Positions 19,889-30,697 of a DNA stretch of 64,000 nucleotides are shown in pieces. Source of the DNA: Myxococcota bacterium (GTDB lineage Bacteria > Myxococcota_A > SURF-8 > G963663525); NCBI GenBank assembly GCA_963676915.2, contig CAXXVK010000068.1:32001-96000 (forward strand), given 5' to 3'. The first letter of the stretch is position 1. Each line of letters begins with the position of its first letter. The notes beneath the pieces are model-generated. The model had not been told where the DNA came from. It searched no databases and saw only the letters and a list, made by a program, of their open reading frames with translations. Position numbers and translations under genes: made by a program.

Positions 19889-22261
19889 ATGGCCAGAATT
19901 TTTATCATCGACGACGAAAAAGGTATTCGTTTCACACTCCGCGAATTTTTGGTGGACGAGGGCCATGATGTCTCTACAGCGGAGGATGGAAAAGATGCCC
20001 TGGAGCAAATTAAAGACAAAACCTTCGATGTTGTCGTAACGGACCTGATTCTTCCCGATATCCATGGCGTGGACCTGCTCCGAAAAATTCGTGTGACCCA
20101 ACCGGACGTTCAGGCGATCATCATAACGGGCGAACCCAATGTGGATACCGCCGTCGAGGCAGTACGTTTCAACGCTTTCGACTATCTTTACAAGCCGGTT
20201 ACTCGACAAGCGATTTGCCGGGTGGTGCAAAATGCCGCAGAAGTCAAGCACTTAAGCGACGAAAACAAACGTCTGTTCGAGGAAAACGAGCGTCATCGAC
20301 ATGCATTGGAAGATCAGGTCAAGGATCGTACTCAAAAGCTTCATTATAGTGAAGAAATGTACCGGAATCTCGTCGAACTTGCCGACGACGGGATTTGTAT
20401 CGTTCAAAACGGTGTAATTAGGTATGCCAATAGTTGTCTTTGTGAGATGCTTGGTTGTCCCATCGACGAACTGTTGGGTCGCTTTTATGTCGATTTCATT
20501 CATCCGGATCATCGCCACGCTGTTTCAAATATGCTGGAAAAACACCTTTCCGGTGAAAGAAATCTTGGGATTGTCGAACTGGAAATTGTAAGGGATGACG
20601 ATTCGGTGGTTTACGCCGAATTGAGTTCGAGTCTCGTTCACCATGAAGGGAAAGAGGCCGAGCTTGTCATCGTTCGTGATATTTCCTTGCGGGTGATGTC
20701 TGACAACGCTCTTAGGGAAAGTGAAGAACGATACCGACAGCTTGTCATTAATGCTCCGGTAGGAATTTTATCCACGGACGTTCGCGGCGATATTGTCAGC
20801 CTGAACCCGAGGTTGCTTAAATTACTTGGCTCTCCTTCGGCTCATGCCACTCGAAACATCAATATGTTGACGTTCGAGCCGTTGGTGCAAGCCGGTATTT
20901 CGGCGGATTTCAAGCGTTGTCTCGATACCGGGGAGTCTTTTGTTGCCGAAAATCCCTATATCACGAAATGGGGGAAACGTACCCATTTGCGTTACCACAT
21001 AACTCCGGTGAAAGATTCGGAAAATCAGATTGCCGGTATTCAAGCCATCGTCGAAGATATCTCCCAACAAAAAGAATCCGAATTGGAGCAAATCCGCCTG
21101 GAAAAACAACTGCGAAAAATCCAGAATTTCAAGGAAATCGGTAACATGGCGGCGGATGTGGCTCACGAATTCAACAACATTCTAACCAGTATCGCCGGGC
21201 ATACGGAAATTCTTCAAATTTCCCTGGAAAGCGGTGACGATGTGCAGGGTGAGATCGATGAAATCAACCGTGCGCTTCGTCGAGCCATTTCTTTGACTCG
21301 CCAACTTCAAAGCTTCAATGTCCGTCCATCGTCTGAAAACGAAGACTCCATCGAAATCAACGAGAATCTTCTTGCCATGAAGCCTTCTCTTCGTAGCACT
21401 CTTGGGAGTCGTTGCGAACTGGAAATGGAACTCGATCCGCGTCCCTGTCACGTTGCTGTGGATGAAGGACAATTCAGCCAATTTCTTCTCAATATTGCCG
21501 GTACGGTAGCTAAAAGTATCTCGAAGAATGGAACATTCTGGATTCAAACAAGAATTCGGGATTTGTCCATCAAAAACAGTGAAGACGAAGATGTCATCGA
21601 AAACAAACCTGTTCCCGAATATCGGGTAGCGATTACATTGCGTGACAATGGAAAAGGGTTCTCCCCCAAGGAACTAAACAGTCTGTTCGATACCGATTCG
21701 TCAAAACCCGATCCGAAACGTCTTCGTGGTCTTGGGTTAGCTACGGCGAAATGGATCGTGCAGCACAACCACGGAGAGTTCGACGTTCAATCGATACCGA
21801 ATGAAGGAACGACGGTAACTGTTTCATTTCCCTTGGTTTTTAAGGATGTCGAGTCTCTGCAACCTTTGGATTCTCCTGTTAAGGCTGAACGTCCGAAGAC
21901 GATTCTGATGGTGGAGGATGACCCCACTGTGAGTAATCTTGTGAACCACGTTCTGGTAGATAGAGGATACAAAGTGCTGTTTGCGGACAATTCCCCTGAC
22001 GCATTGGAACTCTCCGAAACGACAGAAGAAACCATTGACCTCTTGTTGACGGACGTGATGCTTCCGAATATCAACGGTATTGAACTCGCGAAAAAAATTC
22101 GTGAACGGCATCAAAAGATCAGTATCGTTTACATGTCCGGGTACAGTATTGAAAAATTCTTCGGAGATGAAGCGATTGGTAACGATGTTGATTTTTTGCA
22201 AAAACCCTTTTCTATCGAAAACCTCACTTCCACGATCCACCGTCTTCTTTTAAGTGCCTGA
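19889..22261 (+). CDS. REC-PAS-PAS-HisKA-HATPase-REC hybrid signalling protein with degenerate ATP-binding boxes
   Basis: N-terminal receiver IIDDE..VTDLILP, AHEFNN, C-terminal receiver MVEDD..LTDVMLP. Confidence 0.9.
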   Translation: MARIFIIDDEKGIRFTLREFLVDEGHDVSTAEDGKDALEQIKDKTFDVVVTDLILPDIHGVDLLRKIRVTQPDVQAIIITGEPNVDTAVEAVRFNAFDYLYKPVTRQAICRVVQNAAEVKHLSDENKRLFEENERHRHALEDQVKDRTQKLHYSEEMYRNLVELADDGICIVQNGVIRYANSCLCEMLGCPIDELLGRFYVDFIHPDHRHAVSNMLEKHLSGERNLGIVELEIVRDDDSVVYAELSSSLVHHEGKEAELVIVRDISLRVMSDNALRESEERYRQLVINAPVGILSTDVRGDIVSLNPRLLKLLGSPSAHATRNINMLTFEPLVQAGISADFKRCLDTGESFVAENPYITKWGKRTHLRYHITPVKDSENQIAGIQAIVEDISQQKESELEQIRLEKQLRKIQNFKEIGNMAADVAHEFNNILTSIAGHTEILQISLESGDDVQGEIDEINRALRRAISLTRQLQSFNVRPSSENEDSIEINENLLAMKPSLRSTLGSRCELEMELDPRPCHVAVDEGQFSQFLLNIAGTVAKSISKNGTFWIQTRIRDLSIKNSEDEDVIENKPVPEYRVAITLRDNGKGFSPKELNSLFDTDSSKPDPKRLRGLGLATAKWIVQHNHGEFDVQSIPNEGTTVTVSFPLVFKDVESLQPLDSPVKAERPKTILMVEDDPTVSNLVNHVLVDRGYKVLFADNSPDALELSETTEETIDLLLTDVMLPNINGIELAKKIRERHQKISIVYMSGYSIEKFFGDEAIGNDVDFLQKPFSIENLTSTIHRLLLSA

Positions 22262-22440
22262 TTTCTTCGATGGATTCTGTGAGGTAACCCGTCCAAATTC
22301 CCGAAAACAAAATCTGTAGGGATTGAAAAAAATCCCGAAACACGATAAAACGTGCAAAATAGAAGCACTTGGCCTATAATACATACTCTGTACATTATAT
22401 TCGATTCGTTTTTACCTCATTCTTTCGGACGACAACGTTA

Positions 22441-24726
22441 ATGAAGCCCCTTTTTATACTTGTGCTTTCCGTGCCGCATTTGTTGTTGGGAGCGATCACG
22501 CTTTTCGCGCTGTTCGACATGCCCGGCGTGCGTGCGGCCGATGGGCACACTGCGATCAATGAAAAAGTCATCGAAGAACCTGCAACCGTGGATCGTCTGG
22601 CTTCTGTTTCCGTACAGCAGGAAACACCCAACATCCCGAAATCTATAACGAAACGGGAAGCGATTACGCTTCCGTTGTCGCAGATTTCCACCCAGGCCGA
22701 TTTTCATGACCGAGGGTTGTGGATCAAAGGTGGGACGGAAGAATTCGAAGCCCACATTCGTGGTGGCTGGAAAAACGGTTGGTCCTCGCCTAGAAAAGAT
22801 AATGATGGAACGCTTTTCCATTCGACGACCGAGCATCATGCCATCATGGATGTTCACCTGCCTTGGCAGGAAACCCTACATGTGCGGATTCGTGCCCGAT
22901 TGACTCGTGGCTATACCTCCGTAACTTTGAAGCTAAGAGGGGAAGATCCTGTAAAACTGTCCGCTCCGGCCGGAGAGGGCTGGCATATTCTGGAAGGTAC
23001 ACTGACCCCGGCTAATCGCCAATTGTACACTTCACTTTATGTTCAGACCCCAGGAGTGGAAGTGGATTGGTTGCATATCTATCCCGAATCGGAAAGCTCG
23101 ATGAAAGAAGAGTTTCCCGATCATCCTCCTGTCTTTTTCCAGGACCGCCACGGAAGTCCCGCGCTCGAAATGCGTCCTGGCCGCAAAGCCGTATATTGGT
23201 TGGAACCGACCGAAAAATCTTTCTTGCGATGGTTACCGGTTTTCGAAGCCGATCCGAGTCACGAACCGGGAGCGTTGACGTTTTCCATTCGTATCGCTCC
23301 GATGGGTGGCGAAGAAACCTGGATTCTCTACTCATATGATCGTGGACAAGCCTCCCTGCCGTTTGCCCATCCGGAGGAAATCGATCTTTCCGGTTATGCC
23401 AACGACCTCGTTCGGGTGGAATTATCGATTGAAGGGGGTCATTCCAGGGATCGTCTATGGCTGGAAAAACCCGAATTCGGTCGTTACGAACCGGAACGTT
23501 TGGTATCGAAGTCCTGGGAACCGCCCAAACACGTTTTGGTTTATATTTCCGATACGTTACGGTGGGATAAAGTCCGAAGCTACAATCCCGATTCCAGGGT
23601 AAAAAGCGAGTTTTTCGACCAAACCGTTCGGAATGGAATTCTTTTCAAGCATGCCTATGTACAGGGGAATTCCTCGAAACCCAGCCAGGCCACACTTTTG
23701 ACGGGCGGGTATCCCCAAAGCCTCAAAATGATTCGCCATGGCGATGTGCTGGATGACCGGCAGTTCCCGACGTTTCCGATGCTTGTGAAAGAGAAAAAGC
23801 CTGAAATCGTCACGACGATGCTTTCCAGCAACGGCTATGTGAGTACCCGCTTCGGTTTCGGAGGAGGGTGGAATTACAACGTCAATACGATTCGCGAAAG
23901 CCTTTGCAGTGATACGGAAAACCTCATCGATATTCTCGAAAACCGCTGGGATTCCTTGAAAATCAACGAAAGCGGCTCGATCAACTGGATGGTTACCATC
24001 GATCCACACGTGCCTTACAAGCCACCGACAGACATTCTGGCTCGCTACGATACGTTGGATTACAACGGGGCGATCAACCCGAATCGGACGGCCTGGTATC
24101 TATTGGATATCAAACGGAAAAAAGTGCATCCTTCCCCGCGTGACATGCGGCGTCTGACCGCTCTGTACGATGGTGAAGTGGATTACAACATCGAACAATA
24201 CGGGCGTCTGCTCGATTACTATCGCAATCGGGAAATGCTGGACGATACGATGATCGTCATCACCTCGGATCATGGGGACGAGTTCCTCGAACACGGCAGT
24301 GCCGGGCACGGACATAGCCTTTATAACGAACTGGTGCGAGTGCCGTTGATCGTTTCCTATCCCAAATGCCTGCCCAAGGGTAAAGTTGTGGAAGAAGCGA
24401 CCGAATTGGCAGGTTTAGTGCCTACGCTTTTGGAAGCTATGGGACTGCCGGTGCCCGCTTCGGTGGAGGGAAAAAGCTGGCTACCAAGGCTTCAAGGACA
24501 AATTGCGGAGCCTTTGAACGCACCTATTGCTCATTCGGCATTCATGGGTACGATGCGCATGGGAGCCTCGGCGCGTTGGAAGCTTATCGAACGCTCGAAA
24601 CGTGATCCGTACCTGTTCGATATTGCTAACGATAAATATGAAGCACAAAACCTGATAAATGAGCGGCAAGATGCCGTCTACTATCTTAGAAAACGGATGG
24701 CTAAATGGCTGCGAGAAGAACATTGA
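22441..24726 (+). CDS. Sulfatase-like hydrolase/transferase (alkaline phosphatase superfamily) with N-terminal extracellular domains
   Basis: YISDTLRWD, SKPSQATLLTG, DPHVPY, YDGEV, TSDHGDEF.EHG..GHG. N-terminal hydrophobic signal. Confidence 0.85.
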   Translation: MKPLFILVLSVPHLLLGAITLFALFDMPGVRAADGHTAINEKVIEEPATVDRLASVSVQQETPNIPKSITKREAITLPLSQISTQADFHDRGLWIKGGTEEFEAHIRGGWKNGWSSPRKDNDGTLFHSTTEHHAIMDVHLPWQETLHVRIRARLTRGYTSVTLKLRGEDPVKLSAPAGEGWHILEGTLTPANRQLYTSLYVQTPGVEVDWLHIYPESESSMKEEFPDHPPVFFQDRHGSPALEMRPGRKAVYWLEPTEKSFLRWLPVFEADPSHEPGALTFSIRIAPMGGEETWILYSYDRGQASLPFAHPEEIDLSGYANDLVRVELSIEGGHSRDRLWLEKPEFGRYEPERLVSKSWEPPKHVLVYISDTLRWDKVRSYNPDSRVKSEFFDQTVRNGILFKHAYVQGNSSKPSQATLLTGGYPQSLKMIRHGDVLDDRQFPTFPMLVKEKKPEIVTTMLSSNGYVSTRFGFGGGWNYNVNTIRESLCSDTENLIDILENRWDSLKINESGSINWMVTIDPHVPYKPPTDILARYDTLDYNGAINPNRTAWYLLDIKRKKVHPSPRDMRRLTALYDGEVDYNIEQYGRLLDYYRNREMLDDTMIVITSDHGDEFLEHGSAGHGHSLYNELVRVPLIVSYPKCLPKGKVVEEATELAGLVPTLLEAMGLPVPASVEGKSWLPRLQGQIAEPLNAPIAHSAFMGTMRMGASARWKLIERSKRDPYLFDIANDKYEAQNLINERQDAVYYLRKRMAKWLREEH

Positions 24727-24874
24727 CGTTATGCGAAAACTAAAAGTCAGTGTAAAGATGGCGTTTTTTCGCGTTGATTTCAAATAGAACCTTGTTTATT
24801 GAATCGAACTGGTGCTAGGTTGAAAAAGTTAGAGTGGAAATGCTTCGTTAACCGTGAGTTGTGAACTGTAATCC

Positions 24875-26152
24875 ATGAACGAGAAACTTGAAAAAACTCA
24901 ATCCCTGGTCAGTCAGGGAAAAACCAGCGAAGCTATTCATTTGCTCAAAGAATGCGATACGGATTCCTGGACCGATCAGGAAATGATCGAGCGGTACAAT
25001 CTTTGGGGAAATACTTTGCTCGACATGGACAAATCTCAGGAAGCTGTCAACGTTTTCAAGAGATCGATCGAGCTTTTTCCTGACGAACCGATTTTGCTTT
25101 CCAATTTCGGACTGGCGTTGTTGAACATCAAGGAATTTGATGAATCTCTTAAGCAATTACGGCAAGCCCAGCGTCTTGAGCCGAAAAATCCCAATTTTCA
25201 GTACAATTTAGGTTTTTATTTCGAAACGACAAACAATTGGGGAAGTGCAAGAGAGCGATACGAAGCCGCCATTCGTCGGGATAAAAATTTCGCTGCCGCT
25301 CATTACGGTGTTGCCCGTTGTGAAGAAGAACTTGGCGATTATGATGCCGCTTCAAAATCCTATGATCGTTATCTCGAACTCGATCCGAAACGGCTGAACA
25401 TCTTGTTGGCTGCTGCCCGCGCTCATCATTTGGCGGGACATTCCGATACGGTCCGTTACTATCTGGACAAAGCCCTTGAAATCGCACCGGAGCGGCAGGA
25501 CGTCCATTTCCATCGGATGGTCGGTTCCTATTACACCCATGATGTGGATCGTTTCGACGAAGAATTCGAATGGTTTCGCAAGCACGCACCGAATTCTCCA
25601 GACTACTTCATCGCTGCCAGTGCGTCTTCCATGCTCAGGGATGATTCGAAGCAAAGCATCGCCATGGGCTGGCAAGCGGTCAAGAACGTGATGGAAGTTA
25701 CGGAAATCGATTGGGAAAAAGCAAATTTCGTACTTTGCTGGACCATGAGCCTCTGTACCCATTTAAAGGCCGATGACGAAGTGCAGGCATTGTACGAATA
25801 CACGCTTCCTTACGGATTTCTTCCCGAAGCCTTTTTAAGCGATTACCGACATGCGACCAATGCACGAATGGATGAAGCTGTACAGGTCCATCTCGTGCTC
25901 GACGCTGCCGATTCGAAGTATTCAATCCGCTTTAGTCCTCGCTCGTCAAACGAAGAGGAACGCTATCTCAGATCCTATGTAATCAATGCCCGTGACGAAC
26001 AGGAAGCTCGACTGATCGCGATTCGCACCGAATGGGAAATGCAGGGACGTGATGTAAGGGTGGAACGTGTCGTCAGCAATCGTGCCATGGTCAAAATCCA
26101 TCCCGGATTGGTATACATTTCGGGAAAAATCCTCTACAACGAACAAAACTGA
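24875..26152 (+). CDS. Tetratricopeptide repeat protein
   Basis: Multiple TPR-like 34-residue helical repeats, e.g. LLSNFGLALL..., FQYNLGFYF..., AHYGVARC.... Confidence 0.88.
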   Translation: MNEKLEKTQSLVSQGKTSEAIHLLKECDTDSWTDQEMIERYNLWGNTLLDMDKSQEAVNVFKRSIELFPDEPILLSNFGLALLNIKEFDESLKQLRQAQRLEPKNPNFQYNLGFYFETTNNWGSARERYEAAIRRDKNFAAAHYGVARCEEELGDYDAASKSYDRYLELDPKRLNILLAAARAHHLAGHSDTVRYYLDKALEIAPERQDVHFHRMVGSYYTHDVDRFDEEFEWFRKHAPNSPDYFIAASASSMLRDDSKQSIAMGWQAVKNVMEVTEIDWEKANFVLCWTMSLCTHLKADDEVQALYEYTLPYGFLPEAFLSDYRHATNARMDEAVQVHLVLDAADSKYSIRFSPRSSNEEERYLRSYVINARDEQEARLIAIRTEWEMQGRDVRVERVVSNRAMVKIHPGLVYISGKILYNEQN

Positions 26153-26249
26153 GCGTTTCGAATCGTCTTTTCGTTGCTTTGCATGTTACCCGCATCAAAA
26201 CGTTACGATGATTCAAAACCCGATCGACATTCGAAAAGGAGTTCTCCCC

Positions 26250-28271
26250 ATGGGTCGTTCGAACCTATTTTTGACCGTAGGAATCGTTTTTTTACTCTTT
26301 GCAGTGTTTATCGAGCCGGCTTTTGCTTTAACGGTCGGTGTTGCTCCTGCGACACGGAAAATCCTCTACGATACGCCGATGCCCGATGTTGCCGAAGCCG
26401 ACCTTAAGGCTGCGCGCAACGAATGGGAAGGGTTTCAAATCGTCGTGCGGTCGGACGGACCCATTCAGGGGGTCAACGTTACGGTAAGTTCGCTCGAAGG
26501 TCCGAACGGTGCGACGATCCCCAGTGAAAACGCCACGTTATACCGAGAATGGTACGTCGAGATCGTCAACGATTCTCCGACTTCTTTGGAGGAGGATTAC
26601 CCCCGCGACCTCGGTTTTTACCCGGACCCGCTGGTGCCGTTTTTCGATCCGTATTCCACAGAGACGAAAGCCGTCGGTGCGCCTTTCAACGTGGGGGATG
26701 GCGAAACCGGATTGGTTTTCGTGGACTGGCATGTACCGCTGGATGCCGCACCGGGAACTTATACCGGAAAAGCCACACTGACTGCCGAAGGTGAAACCGC
26801 AGTGGAGATTCCGATAACGCTGCTGGTTTGGGATTTCGATATCCCCCAGGAGCGCAGTTTCGGCACGGCGTTCGGTTTCTCGGATAACCTGCGCGATCAC
26901 CACGGCGGTCCCAACGAAGAAGCAACCGATAATTATGAAGAAATCGTCAAACGTTACCATTGGGCGATGCATGATCATCGAATGGACCTTACGCACATCA
27001 AAGGTCAGGTAAGTTTCGAATTCGACGAAAACGGCGATCTGCTCCCCATCGACTGGACCGCCTACGACGCCTATGTCGGGCCGTTTCTTTCGGGTGAATA
27101 CTTCCCGGACGGCATCCCAGTGGCTCGGTTCAACGTCGGTTATTTTCGTCCAGGTCGTGGATTGGGATCGATGACGGAGGACCAGTACGTCGAAGCTTCA
27201 CAGGCTTTTGCAAAGCATTTGCAGGAAAAAGGATGGTTGGAAAAGGCGTACAACTATGCTGCGGACGAGCCTTGGATGGAAGAAGACGACCATGAGTACC
27301 AGCAGATTCGCACGGACGGAGAATTGTTGCTGAGAGAAAACGATCTATGGAAAGGGCGAATTCTCGTGACCAGCCCTTGGAACGAAATCATTCAGGATGT
27401 CATCGGTATCTGGTGCCCGGTGACGCCGATGTACGAAGAATGGTGGTGGCTGGAAAGCGGTATGGCCGGACGGGAAAAATACGCGGAATGCTTGGACGAT
27501 GGTCAGAAGTTGTGGTTTTACGCCTGCAATGCCAACGTGCCGCCTTATGCCGGGTACGATATGGATACGAAGATCGGATACGAGCCGCGTATCATGAAAT
27601 GGGGAACCTGGTATGAAAAAGCCAGCGGATTCCTGTATTGGCGGGTAAACTACTGGGTCAACGACGATCCGTGGAAAGAGTTTCTCAACGTCGAATCCTT
27701 CGGTGAGACCTTCGCTCGCAACGGTGACGGAAATCTTCTGTATCCCGGCGATCACAACGGCATCGCGGACGGCAAAGGCTCGCCCGATGGTATCGAAATC
27801 GATGGTCCTATCGTGTCCTACCGCATGAAGCAGATCCGCGATGGATTCGAAGACTGGGAAATGTTCATCCTGGCGTCCCAACTGGGAGCGGAGGATTTCG
27901 TTCGCGAGCAGGTGGAAAGAGCCTATACGAAGTTCGGTACCTGGTTGTTGGAAGACTGCAGTAATCCCGGTATGTATTGCGCCGATCATCCCCCATGGAC
28001 TCGTGACGAAGACGTGTTGCTGGATGCCCGTGAGCAGGTGGCTTTGAAAGTCCAATACCTGTTGCATCCCGAAACCTACACCGATCCGGAAGGCGGAACG
28101 GTGACGGACGGCGATGTGGACGACGAAACCGGTACGGACACGGAAACTCCGGTTGTGTCGAAAAAGGACGACAGCGGTAGTTGCCGATCGGTTCCGATTG
28201 CCGGTTTGGGTGGAGCCGCATGGTTGTTGGCGGTTTTGGGGGTTCTACGGGTTCGGCGGCAACGACAGTAA
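26250..28271 (+). CDS. Secreted DUF4091 / GH123-like glycoside hydrolase with MYXO-CTERM-like sorting tail
   Basis: Signal peptide, AARNEWEGFQI, ADEP, GFLYW, NGDGNLLYPG, RDGFEDWE. C-terminus SGSC + TM + RVRRQRQ. Confidence 0.8.
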   Translation: MGRSNLFLTVGIVFLLFAVFIEPAFALTVGVAPATRKILYDTPMPDVAEADLKAARNEWEGFQIVVRSDGPIQGVNVTVSSLEGPNGATIPSENATLYREWYVEIVNDSPTSLEEDYPRDLGFYPDPLVPFFDPYSTETKAVGAPFNVGDGETGLVFVDWHVPLDAAPGTYTGKATLTAEGETAVEIPITLLVWDFDIPQERSFGTAFGFSDNLRDHHGGPNEEATDNYEEIVKRYHWAMHDHRMDLTHIKGQVSFEFDENGDLLPIDWTAYDAYVGPFLSGEYFPDGIPVARFNVGYFRPGRGLGSMTEDQYVEASQAFAKHLQEKGWLEKAYNYAADEPWMEEDDHEYQQIRTDGELLLRENDLWKGRILVTSPWNEIIQDVIGIWCPVTPMYEEWWWLESGMAGREKYAECLDDGQKLWFYACNANVPPYAGYDMDTKIGYEPRIMKWGTWYEKASGFLYWRVNYWVNDDPWKEFLNVESFGETFARNGDGNLLYPGDHNGIADGKGSPDGIEIDGPIVSYRMKQIRDGFEDWEMFILASQLGAEDFVREQVERAYTKFGTWLLEDCSNPGMYCADHPPWTRDEDVLLDAREQVALKVQYLLHPETYTDPEGGTVTDGDVDDETGTDTETPVVSKKDDSGSCRSVPIAGLGGAAWLLAVLGVLRVRRQRQ

Positions 28272-28354
28272 AATCACGGAACGAATAGTGAAATTTACCC
28301 CGGAACATTCATGAAAAATCGAGAGTTTTCATGAATGTTCCGGGGTAGCGGGTG

Positions 28355-30133
28355 TTAATCTGGCACTTTGGTCCACCGACCCATCCAATAAGCCGACATG
28401 AAGCTAACGGCGGGAAGCATCTGGCTTCCGTCTCCACCACCGTTGGGAGTGTAGGGACAGCTTCGCCAATAGTAGTTGCTCGTCGGTCGTATATCGATCG
28501 GTACAGGTTTGTCACAGATAATCGTTCCTTTTCTACCGACATCTCCAAGATACGTGACCTGAGTGCCATCGTTCAATGTACAATCACCGGATTCCTGTTC
28601 TTGTTCATCGCAGTTTTCCACATAGAAATCGTACAGGGGTGCTTCAGGAATCTTTGTCAAGGTTTCCGTTCCACGCGATAAAGCCCCCGAATCCGGTGCT
28701 ATTGTGGGTTCTGTAAATGCATTTCCCCCTGTTTTCGAGTAAGCATACACGTAGTCGAAGAAGCTCTGTTTTTGTTCGATTGGCTGTTGCATTACGGGAG
28801 AAGCGATCTCGGCAGGGGTGTCGTAGAGTTGAATTTCGATGGCCTGACGAATCGTATCGAGAGCATCGGCGTCGTTGATATAGCGTAAAGCAGCCCAGGC
28901 CGTTGTGAACGCCATGCTGTAGTTGGAGTAGTTCGTTTGTTCGAACATGTTGATGTAGATCATGTCTTCAAGAGCGATTTCAGGGAGTTTCCGCTTGTCG
29001 ATCAATTCATCGTAAAGGTAGGATTGGTCGTCCGGGTTTCCTGAAGCATAGGCGAAAGAGGCGACGATTCCCAGCGCCATAATTGCATGGAAACCATTCT
29101 TGAATTCGGCGGTGTAGAAGGCTCGTTCCACACAATGTTCATTGAGATACCCATGGTAAGTGGTGCGACCGTCTGCGTCGGGAAATTCCAGATCGTATCC
29201 CCAAGGTTCACGGATTTTACGAAATTCGACGATCACATTATGAGAATCATCACGGATGCGTTGCTTGAGGTCGTCGGAAAAATTGGGGTCGTTTTCGATG
29301 ACTTCCATGGATATCGCTGCTGCGACGGCCCAGCCACTCATCATGTCGCGACTGCAAGAATCTTCCCAGATGATATCCGGATGTTTGCCGGAGAAATCTT
29401 CACGCCACACGCCGTTGTTTTTTTCTTCCGGCAGGGGAGAGCCGTTTTCATCCGTCAGCGGAACGATTCTGGAGATATAATCCTGGCCATTTCCGGGGAA
29501 ATTCTTTGCGGCAAATCCACGCGCAACCACACCAGGGACTCCAGGGAGTTCGAATGCCAGGTGCAGGGCATCGAGAGATTTTTTGGCATGATCCAAGGCC
29601 ACTTCGATTTCTTCGCAATCCGCGCCCTGGTCACGCAGTACGGCGTAACGCATGAGATCGGATGCAATGCCCATGCCTCCGTAGAGACCTGCGACCTTTT
29701 CCCATCTATTGATGACATCCGTCACCTTCTTGCCTGCAAACTCTTCAAAATCCCAACCTTCCTGCTCCTGAATAAACTGGCGAATGAGTTCACGATCTTC
29801 ACTCGCTTCCGGGTCCACGAAGCAGTCCATGCTAATGTTCAGTGGATAGGCATTGAACGTGTGCCACTGCCGTTCATAGGCCATGATGCGGTCTTCCAAG
29901 TCCTGGTCGAAGCCTGTTTCTCCCGGACCGGGTAGCATGTATTTTCCACGGTATACGCCACTGCCGCATTCAGGAAACGTCTCATCGAGTTCGTTTTCCG
30001 ACTGTTCCGTCTGGTCCTCGTCACCGTTACTCGTACTGTCATCCGAGCTGCCACAACCCCACATGCAGTTCGCGAATAAAAACAATCCCGTAAAAAGAAA
30101 AAAATCCAATCGACGATGTTTGCCCAATCCCAT
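28355..30133 (-). CDS. Hypothetical lipoprotein, probable helical-barrel enzyme
   Basis: Lipobox MWGC, Ser/Asp-rich linker, 592-aa ORF with no family I recognise. Confidence 0.7.
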   Translation of the reverse strand: MGLGKHRRLDFFLFTGLFLFANCMWGCGSSDDSTSNGDEDQTEQSENELDETFPECGSGVYRGKYMLPGPGETGFDQDLEDRIMAYERQWHTFNAYPLNISMDCFVDPEASEDRELIRQFIQEQEGWDFEEFAGKKVTDVINRWEKVAGLYGGMGIASDLMRYAVLRDQGADCEEIEVALDHAKKSLDALHLAFELPGVPGVVARGFAAKNFPGNGQDYISRIVPLTDENGSPLPEEKNNGVWREDFSGKHPDIIWEDSCSRDMMSGWAVAAAISMEVIENDPNFSDDLKQRIRDDSHNVIVEFRKIREPWGYDLEFPDADGRTTYHGYLNEHCVERAFYTAEFKNGFHAIMALGIVASFAYASGNPDDQSYLYDELIDKRKLPEIALEDMIYINMFEQTNYSNYSMAFTTAWAALRYINDADALDTIRQAIEIQLYDTPAEIASPVMQQPIEQKQSFFDYVYAYSKTGGNAFTEPTIAPDSGALSRGTETLTKIPEAPLYDFYVENCDEQEQESGDCTLNDGTQVTYLGDVGRKGTIICDKPVPIDIRPTSNYYWRSCPYTPNGGGDGSQMLPAVSFMSAYWMGRWTKVPD

Positions 30134-30418
30134 GATGCCTCCTGATGTGAGCCAAAAAAAATTAGATCAGAAATGCAATGCAATTTTTCGAAGAATACTA
30201 TGGTTTGCGGAAGGTAAGCTAGGATTATGCGCTTTTTTCTACTATTTCAATCGATTAACTCACCTTTGGGGGTGGTCGGGATATAGTCGTTCTGTACTTT
30301 TGCGATAGAAAGCCGAAGCCAGGGGTTGCCAAGGGGTTACCTACGACTAGTCTATGACACCTACCCCAAATACTGTTTATTCGTATGGTTTGTGTTTATC
30401 CATCATTCTTTGAAGTGC

Positions 30419-30450
30419 TTGTATTATGAGAAAAATGATCATATAATAGA
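30419..30450 (+). promoter_or_regulatory. Sigma70-type promoter of vapBC with overlapping imperfect palindrome (likely autoregulatory operator)
   Basis: TTGTAT(30419)-N17-TATAAT(30442). tattatga...tcatataata inverted repeat. GGAGG RBS at 30466. Confidence 0.65.
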
Positions 30451-30475
30451 CTTCTACTTGATGATGGAGGTAGTC

Positions 30476-30697
30476 ATGAGAACGACCATCAATGTGGATG
30501 AAGAAATCTTTCGGGACCTGATGAGCTTCACCAATGCCAAAACGAAAACAGAAGCCGTCAATCACGCTATAGTGGAATGGGTGCGGCGTAAGCGAATCGA
30601 CCGTTTCCGGGCCAGGCGCGGCAAAATCGCCTGGGAGGGAGATCTGACCGAAATGCGTGCCATGGAAGACGAGGAAAGCGAGATCACCCATGGCTGA
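30476..30697 (+). CDS. vapB: Type II TA antitoxin, VapB family
   Basis: MRTTINVDEE...TKTEAVNHAI...WEGDLTEMR. Overlaps the PIN gene. Confidence 0.9.
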   Translation: MRTTINVDEEIFRDLMSFTNAKTKTEAVNHAIVEWVRRKRIDRFRARRGKIAWEGDLTEMRAMEDEESEITHG

